In this document: positions 1 through 9,559 of the stretch, one piece after another | Position numbering within the stretch: the stretch's first letter is position 1 | How the letters are laid out: every line of letters begins with the position of its first letter | Source: Octopus sinensis | Taxonomy: Eukaryota | Reading direction: 5' to 3' | Length of the DNA stretch: 22,949 nt | NCBI RefSeq assembly: GCF_006345805.1 | Contig: NW_021836725.1 | Location: 1-22,949 of the forward strand | Translations under genes and position numbers: made by a program | Notes under the pieces: model-generated | Told to the model about the DNA's origin: nothing | What the model saw: the letters and a program-made list of their open reading frames with translations, nothing else | The model's database searches: none

Positions 1-296
1 CTTGTGCGAAGACCAACAAAGAAAAAGGCGGAAGTACCGCTTAATACACGTAGAGATGTATTATAGAGTAAGTGGTTGATATAACTTAACACAATGCTTA
101 AAATTTTGAGGACGGGAAACACGACCTTCTCCTCAGACAAATGGTGACATTTGTCCTAATATACCCGAGGACCTGGTCGTATTTTTTATATCTACGAAAC
201 CTTCTTATGCAACTTGAGCTGCTAAGTCAAACTTTTATTTGGCACAAATATTTATACGCGTAAATTTAAAGAATTATATTTAAATATTTATAGTCT

Positions 297-448
297 TGGC
301 TGTGAGGTAAGAGGCTTGCTTCCCAACCACATGGTTCCGGGTTCAGTCCCATTGCATTACAACTAGGGCAAGTGTCTTCTACTACAGCGTCAGGCCGATT
401 AAAGCCTTTAAGGGGATTTGGTAGACGGGATAAGAGAGAAGCCCGTCG
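297..448 (+). mobile_element. tRNA-derived SINE family A, 5' half
   Basis: A-box-like tggctgtgaggtaag and B-box-like gggttcagtccc; homologous to 4689-4846(-) and 7855-7968(+). Confidence 0.85.
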
Positions 449-673
449 TGTGTGCGTGTGGATATATATATATATATATAATGTGGGGAATATAATTCCA
501 AACCTATAGGGAAAAATTCAATTTAGCAAATCTAAATCAGATTTCACAATATATAATATATGCATATAATTAAGAGAAATAACCTCTATTAAGCAATTCA
601 ATAGTGAAAGACATTATCCATATTAAATAGAAAAAATTTATATATATATATGTGTGTGTATGTATATATATAC

Positions 674-945
674 CAGAGTAACCACATAAATTTGAAATAA
701 ATAAGGTGGGAAAAAATAGTACTGGAATGCCGGAGGTAGACTAATATGCTTTCTTATTAAAGCTGCAAAAAACATCACACAAATACCACAAAAAAACATC
801 TACTCAGAGTTTCACGTTCCTGTTTGTCGGACAGTTTTAGTTGAGAATTCTCAATTAAATTGGCCGACGAACGGGGACGTGAACCTCCGAGTAGTAGCTT
901 GTTCTGATATGTTTGTGAGGTATTTGCAGCTTTAATAATAGCGTA
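674..945. mobile_element. Penelope-type terminal-repeat fragment arranged as a ~190-bp fold-back with two degenerate hammerhead motifs
   Basis: 674-838 is homologous to 15532-15680(+) and 11702-11848(-). 754-830 is an imperfect inverted repeat of 863-938 around the palindrome ttgagaattctcaa (841-854). Confidence 0.7.
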
Positions 946-954
946 TATATATAT

Positions 955-980
955 AGACCCTGAAACATGCGTGTCTCTAG
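955..980 (+). ncRNA. 3' half of a hammerhead-like motif (5' core absent)
   Basis: GAA-ACA-tgcg-TGT-C (962-975) = stem III with a GUC triplet; (TA)n lies where CUGANGA would be expected. Confidence 0.3.
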
Positions 981-1155
981 ATGCAGGCCTAGCTGTTGGG
1001 GGTATTTGTCTCCCCTTCATAAATATACAAGGACTCAGGAAATGTGTCACGGCCGACAGGAAGCGTCGATGCTTCCTAGGGCTAAACAGCGGTGGTGAAA
1101 TTCCCATACAGGACTGTCACGTTAAGTTGACATTATACAACCACTCCATATATAT

Positions 1156-1211
1156 GCTCTGGACTAAAGGGTGTGCTCCAGCATGGCCGCAGTCAAATGA
1201 CTGAAACAAGT
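1156..1211 (+). mobile_element. SINE family A 3' tail
   Basis: gactaaagggtgtgctccagcatggccgcagtcaaatgactgaaacaagt matches 7971-8010(+) and 4456-4493(-). Confidence 0.8.
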
Positions 1212-1214
1212 GCT

Positions 1215-1270
1215 GTAGATACATATACGTATACATACAAACATATGTATACACAAACACATGCATATAT

Positions 1271-1333
<63 letters not shown>

Positions 1334-1372
1334 CACGTGCGTGTGTATGTGTGTGTGTACGCGTGTTCTTTT
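1215..1372. repeat. (TA)n/(CA)n/(TG)n microsatellites
   Basis: Direct reading. Confidence 0.95.
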
Positions 1373-1679
1373 GTGTTAGTATGTTTGCGTATGAATGCGG
1401 GCGTTTATTTGCCGTGAAACCGTATACATGTGGAGAATGTGATGGAAACGTGTTGCTGTGAAGCAATTAAGAGGGCGGGGAAGGTTGGGTGATGGCGCAC
1501 AGGCCCCGTCTTTCAAGTTTATATGTTTACAAAAGTGGAGACATGGCGAACAGAAACAGATCGATAGCTAATAACACCTGCATTTCAAATAAACGGCAGA
1601 AGAGACGGCATTCTGCCATGATGAAGATGGCGGCCTTGTGAATTTATGATGTATGCATACAATCATGCTACGCACGTGT

Positions 1680-2180
1680 CAATACATACACACATACATA
1701 CATACATACATACATACATACATACATGCATACATACATACATGCATATATAGGCTGATATATATATGTATATATATATATATGTATGTATATATATGTA
1801 TATATATATATGTATATATATATATATGCATATGTATACATGTATGTATATATATACATATGTATGTGTGTATATATCTATCTACATCTATATATGTGTA
1901 TATATATAAATATATATATATATATATGTGTGTATATAAAATATATATATATTTAGAGATACACACACACGTACATATATGTAGGTACGCATGTATCTAC
2001 ACACACACACACACACACCACATATATATATATATATATACATATATATATACATATATACATACAATGTTATACATATATATATATATATATAATATAT
2101 ATATATATATACACATATATATATGTATGTATGTACGTATGTATTTATGTATATATGTATGTATTGTTAAATGTGTATGT
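1680..2180. repeat. Compound (TACA)n/(TA)n/(CA)n microsatellite
   Basis: Direct reading; source of the YIYI-type ORFs. Confidence 0.95.
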
Positions 2181-2640
2181 GTGGCTACATGCTTGCACTG
2201 CCACGGTATCGTAGCCTGATTTATTCACCTACATATTTACATATACAGGTAATTTCTAAACACTCGCGCGCACACGCTCTCTCTTGTAAACAGTCGCACA
2301 CACATACTCGTACATGCGTGTGTGTATACGCCACCCATTCATAACTACATATATCTATACACACACACACACACAACACACACTCACACATATATACAGA
2401 AATATATACACATATATACATATATTTGTTAACGCAAATCTACAGACGTACGCCTAATTATCCAATATACATGCAAAAATAATAAAACGAATTCGTACGC
2501 TCGTCCGTACGAATATTTATGCTGCACAAAAACTCCGACGCGGCACTGGGTTTCCATTGTTACATGAATCTCTTCAGCAGTGCAACACATTACGCTGTCC
2601 ATGGAGCTGTCTTTTAAATTCCATTCTGAACTATTCCATG

Positions 2641-3010
2641 TTATCATTATTATTATCATTATTATTATTATCATTATTATTATTATTATTATTATTGTGC
2701 CAAAGTTTGAAATATGCCTCCTATTCCCTCACCTCATTCTTCCCTTCCCCCTCCTCCTCCTAACTCTTCTTCCTCTTCTTCTTCTTATTATTATTATCAA
2801 TATCATCATCACGACCACCACCACCACCACCGCCATCATCATCATCATATATATATCATCATCCTCATCATCATCACCACCACCACCACCACCACCACCA
2901 TCATCATCATCACCACACCACCACCACCACCACCACATCAATCATCATATCATCATCATCATCATCATCGTTGTTGTTGTTGTTATTGTTGTTGTTATTA
3001 TTATTATTAT
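2641..3010. repeat. Compound trinucleotide microsatellite (ATT/TCT/CAC/CAT/GTT)
   Basis: Direct reading. Confidence 0.95.
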
Positions 3011-3017
3011 GTTTGCC

Positions 3018-3156
3018 GGCATTTCGTCCGTCCATACGTTCTGAGTTCAACTTCCGTCGGATCGATTAAATATGTACCAGTTACGCACTAGAGGATCGAT
3101 GTGACCGACTACCCTCTCCCCTCAATTTTTCAGCCCTTGTGCCTTTAGAAGAAAGG

Positions 3157-3157
<1 letters not shown>
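3018..3157 (+). mobile_element. SINE family B, 5'-truncated and internally deleted, ending in (ATT)n
   Basis: acgttctgagttcaa...gtaccagttacgcact matches 9011-9243; the 3' end matches the variant tail at 11600-11640. Confidence 0.75.
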
Positions 3158-3192
<35 letters not shown>

Positions 3193-3443
3193 GGTGGTGG
3201 TGCGTTAATAAAAGTGTTATCCAACGGCTCTTGCTGTTTGTTAATCGAACTGATAGAGACAGAACGCAAGTATTGACTGTTCTGTAACAACACAGATTAT
3301 ATAAATATTCTAATGATAAAGCGTACTCGACTGGTTTAAGAGATGGGATGTACTTTAGACGTAATTATTTCAGATCGAATTTACAATATTAAGCACACAG
3401 TATGATTACATAAATATATGGAAATATCAAAGATTCTAATTAT

Positions 3444-3905
3444 GCACGCACTCACTCACTCACTCACTCACTCAATCACTCACTCACTCACTCACTCACA
3501 CACTCACTCAATCACTCACTCACTCACTCACTCACTCACTCACTCACTCAATCACTCACTCACTCACTCATCACTCACTCACTCATCACTCACTCACTCA
3601 CTCAATCACTCACTCACTCACACACTCACTCACTCACTCACTCACTCACTCACTCACTCACTCACTCACTCACTCAATCACTCACTCACTCACTCATCAC
3701 TCACTCACTCACTCACTCACTCACTCACTCACTCACTCACTCACTCACACACTCACTCAATCACTCACTCACTCACTCACTCACTCAATCACTCACTCAC
3801 TCACTCAATCACTCACTCACTCACTCACTCACTCAATCAATCACTCACTCACTCACTCACTCACTCACTCACTCACTCACACTTAATCACTCACTCACTC
3901 ACTCA
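3444..3905. repeat. (CACT)n tetranucleotide array, ~460 nt
   Basis: Direct reading, with recurring CAAT and CAT variant units. Confidence 0.97.
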
Positions 3906-4119
3906 CATATATACGAGCGCATTTAATAACATAAAAAGAGCAGGGTGACATTAGAGGCACCCCGATGTTAGCACAGCAGGAATTGGGGTATGACGGCCAG
4001 TGGAAAATGCCCTGATGTTGTTTAGAAAGTCTAAATGGCTTATAACACCTTCCAAGCTGCAATTGTTTTTGCTTCAACACACAATATCAGATCAGGTCAC
4101 TTGCTATGCAAGTATATCT

Positions 4120-4121
4120 TC

Positions 4122-4182
<61 letters not shown>
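4120..4182. repeat. (TA)n microsatellite
   Basis: Direct reading. Confidence 0.97.
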
Positions 4183-4185
<3 letters not shown>

Positions 4186-4261
4186 ACACTCAACATAGAT
4201 AAACATCTCATTTGCGAACCCACAGAAAACGAACCTCCACCAACTATTCTGCCTATATTCT

Positions 4262-4450
4262 GTGCACACCTCTGAATGCGGTGTATGCCAGAAGGTCAGC
4301 AAATATAATGGAGGGCTCAAAAGACATTTTAAGATCCACAAAGATCAGAACTTATCTTCAGCTACTGGTGGGCCAAATCAGTTGTGCAATCTATGTGGGT
4401 GTCTTTTCAAAACATTGTCTGGTTTAAAAAGCTACATCAGATGCCATGAT
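4262..4450 (+). pseudogene. Two tandem C2H2 zinc fingers, probably the C-terminal end of an RTE-type LINE ORF
   Basis: CGVC-x12-HFKIH is a perfect C-x2-C-x12-H-x3-H; the second finger CNLC-x12-YIRCH has its first His replaced by Tyr. No RT upstream; cut at the 3' side by a SINE. The LINE origin is inference. Confidence 0.6.
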
Positions 4451-4455
4451 GGTGC

Positions 4456-4846
4456 TATGACTGCGGCCATGCTGGAGTAACCACCTTTAGTCGAGAAAAT
4501 CGACCCCAGGACTTATTCTTTGTAAGCCTAGTACTTATTCTATCGATGGCTTTTTCCGAATCGCTAAGTTACGGGGACGTAAACATACCACCATCGGTTG
4601 TCAAGCAATTTTGGGGGGACAAACATACACACATCCATATGTATATATATCTATATATACGTATATATATTATATACATACATATATACGACAAACTCCT
4701 TTCAGTTTCCGCCTACCAAATCCACTCACAAGGCTTTGGTCGGCCCGAAGCTATAGTAGAAGACACTTGCCCAAGGTGCCACGCAGTGGGACTGAACCCG
4801 GAACCGTGTGGTTGATAAGCAAGCAACTTACCATACAGCCACTCCT
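4456..4846 (-). mobile_element. Full-length SINE family A with internal (TA/TG) microsatellite
   Basis: tRNA-like head at 4846-4780, body, microsatellite 4620-4688, and 3' part ending ...ctccagcatggccgcagtca. Confidence 0.9.
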
Positions 4847-5406
4847 ATATATATACATACATATGTTTCTATTCGGTGTACACCTATACATATTATATTC
4901 TATTCTAGATTTTTACGTATTACGTGAGGCGTTTGCTAAATATTGCTACGTACTTCGGTGAGATCATCATTTAAGGATCTTGGAAAAAGAAAATATACAA
5001 ATTGGTTTATTTCTATTTAAATAGTACCTGACTTAATGTCCACTCTGCAGATTTTTGCCTAAAAAAAGACAGGCACAGTTTCTAGATACTAAACTGTGTA
5101 GACATTTCGTTAGTGTCACCTGAATAGCTTAACACTGTGTGAGTATACAATGGCCTGATCGATAGACACAGTGTCTACGTACCGACTTGATTAATGGACG
5201 CTGTGTATGGAAATGGATGCTATTGATAGCCAAACGGTTTCTTGATAATTACTGAATACACAGAGTTCGTAAATGTCAACATGATAGATGGACAGAAGTG
5301 ATTGGATGGTGATTGGACGGAGATAATATGGAGGTTCCGATTTGATACATACGTACGTATGTGTGTGTGTGTGTGTGTGCGTATATATATATGTATATGT
5401 ATGTTA

Positions 5407-5445
<39 letters not shown>

Positions 5446-5867
5446 TATATATGTATGCATGTATAAAGATAGATAATTAGCAGACATGCAGTTATATATA
5501 TATATATATATATGCACATATGTATGTATATATATATATATGTATATATGTATGTATGTGTCTATTTGTCATGTTTCTATCCGTACGTATGTACGCATAT
5601 GTATATACATGTATACTACGATAGAAAGCATTGAGCATCTAACAACATACATCTTTGGAGAGAATAGACAGACACACGGTGGTTATTTTTCACTCCATCT
5701 ATAGACACACTATGTCAAAATTGCTCTGATGGCTCGACAAGGTACGTCGATTGTGATTGAATATGCATAAATTATGTTGTTGTTTTTTTATCTCCTATTA
5801 CAATTCCATACATGCTTAAGATACATTACGAGAAGAGAGATCGATTCAATTTTTTGATTGATATATT

Positions 5868-5988
5868 TTTTCATCGACCTCCTAGAGTCGGCAAGAGCAA
5901 TCGGACTTGGCGGGATTTTAAGTTAGAGTGTAAAGGGTCGGAGCTAAATACCAGTAGGTATTTTATATTACGCTCTAATGATTCTGCA
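5868..5988 (-). mobile_element. Old, diverged SINE family B
   Basis: Reverse complement gcagaatcattagagcg...cttaaaatcccgccaagtccga...gaggtcgatgaaaa aligns to the family B head and core. Confidence 0.55.
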
Positions 5989-6111
5989 TATCCAAGGCTT
6001 TGATATTTCAACAAAAATCCCTTCACAAAGATTGACATCAAATTGACGTACACAGTATATATATTAGAATGAAGCTCAGTGAAACTTTCAGATGGAAAAA
6101 TAGCAATGGAA

Positions 6112-6142
6112 ATGACGTTTCGAGCCTGACTCTTCGTCGGAT
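6112..6142 (-). ncRNA. Degenerate minimal hammerhead-like motif
   Basis: CCGACGA-a-GAG-tcagg-CTC-GAA-AC-GT-C; palindromic ACGU stem III, only 2 bp of stem I. Confidence 0.4.
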
Positions 6143-6254
6143 AGGTGTAAGGTAGGAGGAATGAGTTGATAGTCCATACACGAGTTGATGTGTAGATGTG
6201 TTACAGAGTGAAAAGAAAAAAAAAGAGATTATTATTGTTAAATTGTTTACTTAC

Positions 6255-6395
6255 CTGCTAAAACAAATAGAATGCCCCCAAAAAATGTCAACCTATTTCT
6301 TCGTGTGTTGCAATGGCCTACGAAGCAAATAATTCCACCAACAAGTAAAACCAGTAAACTGGCGAGCGGGAATATCGTGGAAGTTTTCATTGATA
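6255..6395 (-). CDS. CACNG: Internal coding exon of a TARP/CACNG (stargazin-like) gene, TM2-loop-TM3
   Basis: Acceptor tttcttttcttttccag| at 6396, donor GCAG|gtaagt at 6254-6249; 141 nt, phase 1-1; SMKTSTIFPLASLLVLLVGGIICFVGHCNTRRNRLTFFGGILFVLA(G). It aligns without gaps to the recalled human CACNG2 exon-3 peptide [47 protein letters not shown] (46 codons, same phases). Family-level call only; the paralog is not assigned. Confidence 0.9.
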
Positions 6396-6450
6396 CTGGA
6401 AAAGAAAAGAAACACACATATAAATACATATAATCGCATATACATACAAC

Positions 6451-6590
6451 GAAGGCACGTGGTTAAGTGGTTAGAGCTTTCAGGCTACAATCGTGAGGTT
6501 AAGAGTTCGATTGCACAAACGACCTTGGCCGGACTTGTAACTCGGAGGGGAAATTTCTAAGTCCAATTTTAAACATAAGTGGGGGTACTT
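6451..6590 (+). mobile_element. SINE family D, internally deleted
   Basis: tRNA-like head gaaggcacgtggttaagtggtt...gagttcgatt (cf. 20645-20709) and tail ccggacttgtaactcggagggg...gggggt (cf. reverse complement of 11964-12025). Confidence 0.6.
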
Positions 6591-6995
6591 CTTCAGGCTT
6601 CTATCGATGGTACATTCTTACACCGTGCACACCTTTCCATCTCTATGTGAGAGGCGAGAGTGCTAAAGAGGGAGAGACGGAGACTGAGGGCGTGTAAGAA
6701 ATATCTGAAGTCCAGATTGGGCTCTGAGTGTGACTCACTGACTCGAACGCATGGAATGAATGTGTGTGCGTGTATGTAACTGGAGTGAGCATGAATAACA
6801 AAGTGGGGAAGCAGTATTTGTGTGTAATTCACAGCTAGGAAGGTAACGAGAACCTTGCACGAGAAGCATCACATTTGATGGAGCAAAACACACACACAAG
6901 CATTTTAAGCGCACCCCATTTTCAGCAGAGAATATTGGGGAAAATAAGATTTTTGTACATTCAGGTAAACTAGCATTGGTTTCAAATTTTAGTAC

Positions 6996-7196
6996 AAGGC
7001 CAGCAATTTCAGTGGAGGCGGGATGATTCGATTACATCGATTCCCGTGCTCAACTGGTACTTATTTTATCGACCTCGAAAGGATGAAAAGGTGAAGTCAT
7101 CATCGGTGGGATTTGAACTCAAGACGTAAGTACTGAATAAAACTGTTGATAATCAGCTTTTGTCCGGCGTGCTAACGATTCTGCCAGCTTGCTCCT
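6996..7196 (-). mobile_element. Diverged SINE family B
   Basis: Reverse complement contains gcaagctggcagaatcgttagcacgccgg, gagttcaaatccc and gtcgataaaataagtaccagtt. Confidence 0.8.
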
Positions 7197-7227
7197 CCGG
7201 ATAAACCGTTCGCATTAAATGTATATA

Positions 7228-7287
7228 AAGCGTCGAGCTGACAGACTCGTTATGGCGCCGGACAAAATTCTTAGCTGCATTCTTCAC
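7228..7287 (+). mobile_element. SINE family B head fragment
   Basis: agcgtcgagctgacagactcgttatggcgccggacaaaattcttagc aligns to the family B head. Confidence 0.55.
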
Positions 7288-7854
7288 TATTGGTCTAACA
7301 ACCTCAATGCTTGCTCATGGGATTTGTTGGTTGACATGGCGAAACTTGAGTGTCCTGGGAACTGAAATTTTCTAAATCGAAATCAGCCGGTTTTTTCACG
7401 GTTCCAACGAAATGGTGTGTATGATTGCATTCTCTCCTTTAATCTAACCAGTGAAAAAAAACCCCAAAAAACAAAAAAAAAACAAACAAAAAAAACTCCG
7501 TGACATGTGGCATGCGCTCCTTAATAATTTATGTTTTGTGATTGTATAAAGCCATATATTATGCAAAATCAGGCAGATGCATCATTAGGGCACCCTTTTC
7601 GAATTTGAATTCCAGGTGGTGTTATATCTGAAGGTTTCAATGAATTTCAAAATTCTTAAATTGCAGGTAACAATTGCTAGTTGATGCTGTTGACGAAACT
7701 CTTTCTCACCGCCACCTTAATGCATGAGAATGATACTGAATGTATTGGGACACCTGAGATATCGATTAATGTAACCCCTGGTCTTATAACAGCAAGGTGC
7801 ATAGTGGCATTACAGGCAAAAAGAAATCATCATCTTCCAATTTCAAACATGGAC

Positions 7855-8036
7855 GTAGGAGTAGCTGTGTGGTAAGAAGCTTGCTTCCCAACCACATGGC
7901 TCCGGGTTCAGTCCCTCTGCGTGGCACCTTGGGCAAGTGTCTTCTACTATAGACTCGGGCCGACCAAAAGTGGTGCTCCAGCATGGCCGCAGTCAAATGA
8001 ATGAAACAAGTAGAAGAATAAAAGAATAAAATAATA
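7855..8036 (+). mobile_element. SINE family A with ~250-nt internal deletion
   Basis: Head joined directly to tail at cgaccaaaag|tggtgctcc; ends in (AAAAGAAT)-type repeats. Confidence 0.85.
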
Positions 8037-8039
8037 ATC

Positions 8040-8752
8040 CGGCCTCTCCCTGCAGCTGTGCTCTACCGATGTAAGAGCTTGACACGTGGAGAAGAAAGAT
8101 TGCTGAGGTCTGACAAGGGAATGCAAGTCCGAGAAATCCGTGAGGAGATCAAGGGTCAGCTTTACACGTTTCAGTCACGTGCTACTTTCAAAGGAATTGC
8201 TATGCTCAGTGGGTAAAGCTTTCCCCTCGGTGTTCTGGAAGCCTACACCCTCATAGCTTATTTACTGACGGAGGAGCCGAAAGAGGTGAATCACTGGACA
8301 TCGTACTTTGACTAGTTGTATAAGGTGGACCCACGTAGTACTGCTCTGCATATCATGATGCCTTCAGCACTGATGACTGTCCATCCAGTCAGTCAGCTGT
8401 GTTCGGCTGTCCCAAGACGATTTTCGTAAATCAGTGAGTCAACCGATGGAGGGGGAGGTAGCCAGTGTTTGTAGCATCCATTGGGAAAGGATCAAGAAAG
8501 TTGAGCTGGCTGCAGTCTTGTTATTGGGGCTGGTCATTTGCTCAGTCTGTAGCAGCGGCGATAGTACCTGATTTTAGGAGGGGGATAATTACCCCACCTT
8601 CGAAAGTTAAAGGTGACCGCTACGACTGCATCAACAATAGGGTTGCTACACTCCCCTCAGTGTCCGTTAAGGTCTTTGCCAGGGTCATCCTGAACATGGC
8701 GCGAAACCATCTGCTTGCGCTTCAGCGACCGCATCACTCCGGGTCCTCGCCA
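8040..8752 (+). mobile_element. Decayed RTE-clade LINE fragment (linker and start of RT)
   Basis: ...PDFRRGIITPPSKVKGDRYDCINNRVATLPSVSVKVFARVILNMARNHLLALQRPHHSG resembles the non-LTR RT domain 0-1 consensus (KGDxxDCxNYRGITLLS...KVFARV...QxGF); upstream stops and frameshifts. Confidence 0.8.
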
Positions 8753-9010
8753 TAATTTTACTATACTTTATGCAAGGGAAGGCTGGTAATGAAACACTTT
8801 TGCGCTTTGGTCTAAGGATCTAAAGTCAACTTAAGACATATAATGAAAGAAAATTACATTTTTTGTGAAAAAAAAAATCAAAGCAGTGTGTATACAAAGA
8901 TTCTGAAGTGTTTGATTAAAACAAATAGCACATCTTGATTCAGCCCTCCCCACCAAAAAGTTCTTGACAAACACTTGTCTATTCAACAGATACCTTTATG
9001 CCCACCGTTG

Positions 9011-9243
9011 AAGGCGGCGAGCTGGCAGAAACGTTAGCACGCCGGGCGAAATACTTAGCGGTATTTCGTCTGTCGTTACGTTCTGAGTTCAAATTCTGCC
9101 GAGGTCGACTTTGCCTTTCATCCTTTCGGGGTCGATAAATTAAGTACCAGTTACGCACTGGGGTCGATGTAATCGACTTAATCCGTTTGTCTGTCCTTGT
9201 TTGACCCCTCTGTGTTTAGCCCCTTGTGGGTAGTAAAGAAATA
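9011..9243 (+). mobile_element. Full-length SINE family B with 16-bp target-site duplication
   Basis: A-box tggcagaaacg, B-box gagttcaaattc; AGATACCTTTATGCCC at 8988-9003 and 9243-9258. Confidence 0.92.
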
Positions 9244-9559
9244 GATACCTTTATGCCCCCACCCCACAAAACTCTCTTGACCTGTGTGGTATTCATGAGA
9301 ACATTATTTGTAAAAAATTGATCATAAATGGGATAACTACATTAAGTTGTAGCCGCAAATTGAACACGCATCCTCAAAGTTTGACTATTCGTTAAATCAA
9401 TTAAAATGACATGCTATGCTATTTGCATTAGAAGAAGTATTGTTTCAGCGTAATCAGTAGCAGCAGCAGCGGCAGCAGCTCTACTTTAATTAAGTCTTCC
9501 GCTAAAACTGTTGCTTTGCTACTTCATTTCTCGAAATCACAGTTTTTCTTTTATTAGTT

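Noticed and set aside
1-30. Minus-strand pyrimidine tract ending in AG at the window edge (possible acceptor of the next CACNG exon)
   Set aside because: The exon would start outside the window, so it cannot be tested.
1570-1640. Minus-strand AAIFIMAE...VLLAIDLFLF resembling TARP TM4
   Set aside because: No preceding YGWSF motif or TM3 continuation, and no consistent splice sites.
1117-2421. YIYI/HTHT/CVCV ORFs here and at 5486, 11918-12563, 13494-13916, 14889-15633 and 20392-20785
   Set aside because: They are translations of microsatellites that lack stop codons.
2429-2674. ORF containing KYSYG, reminiscent of TARP YSYGWSF
   Set aside because: It lacks WSF and the upstream LxxxxGxxxYIS segment, has no usable phase-1 acceptor, and the motif overlaps a DNA hairpin.
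4954-4978. Minus-strand acceptor followed by SLNDDLTE, resembling TARP SINDE
   Set aside because: In phase with the upstream exon it gives D-P-stop; the bridging exon needed for the other phase was not found between 4980 and 6254.
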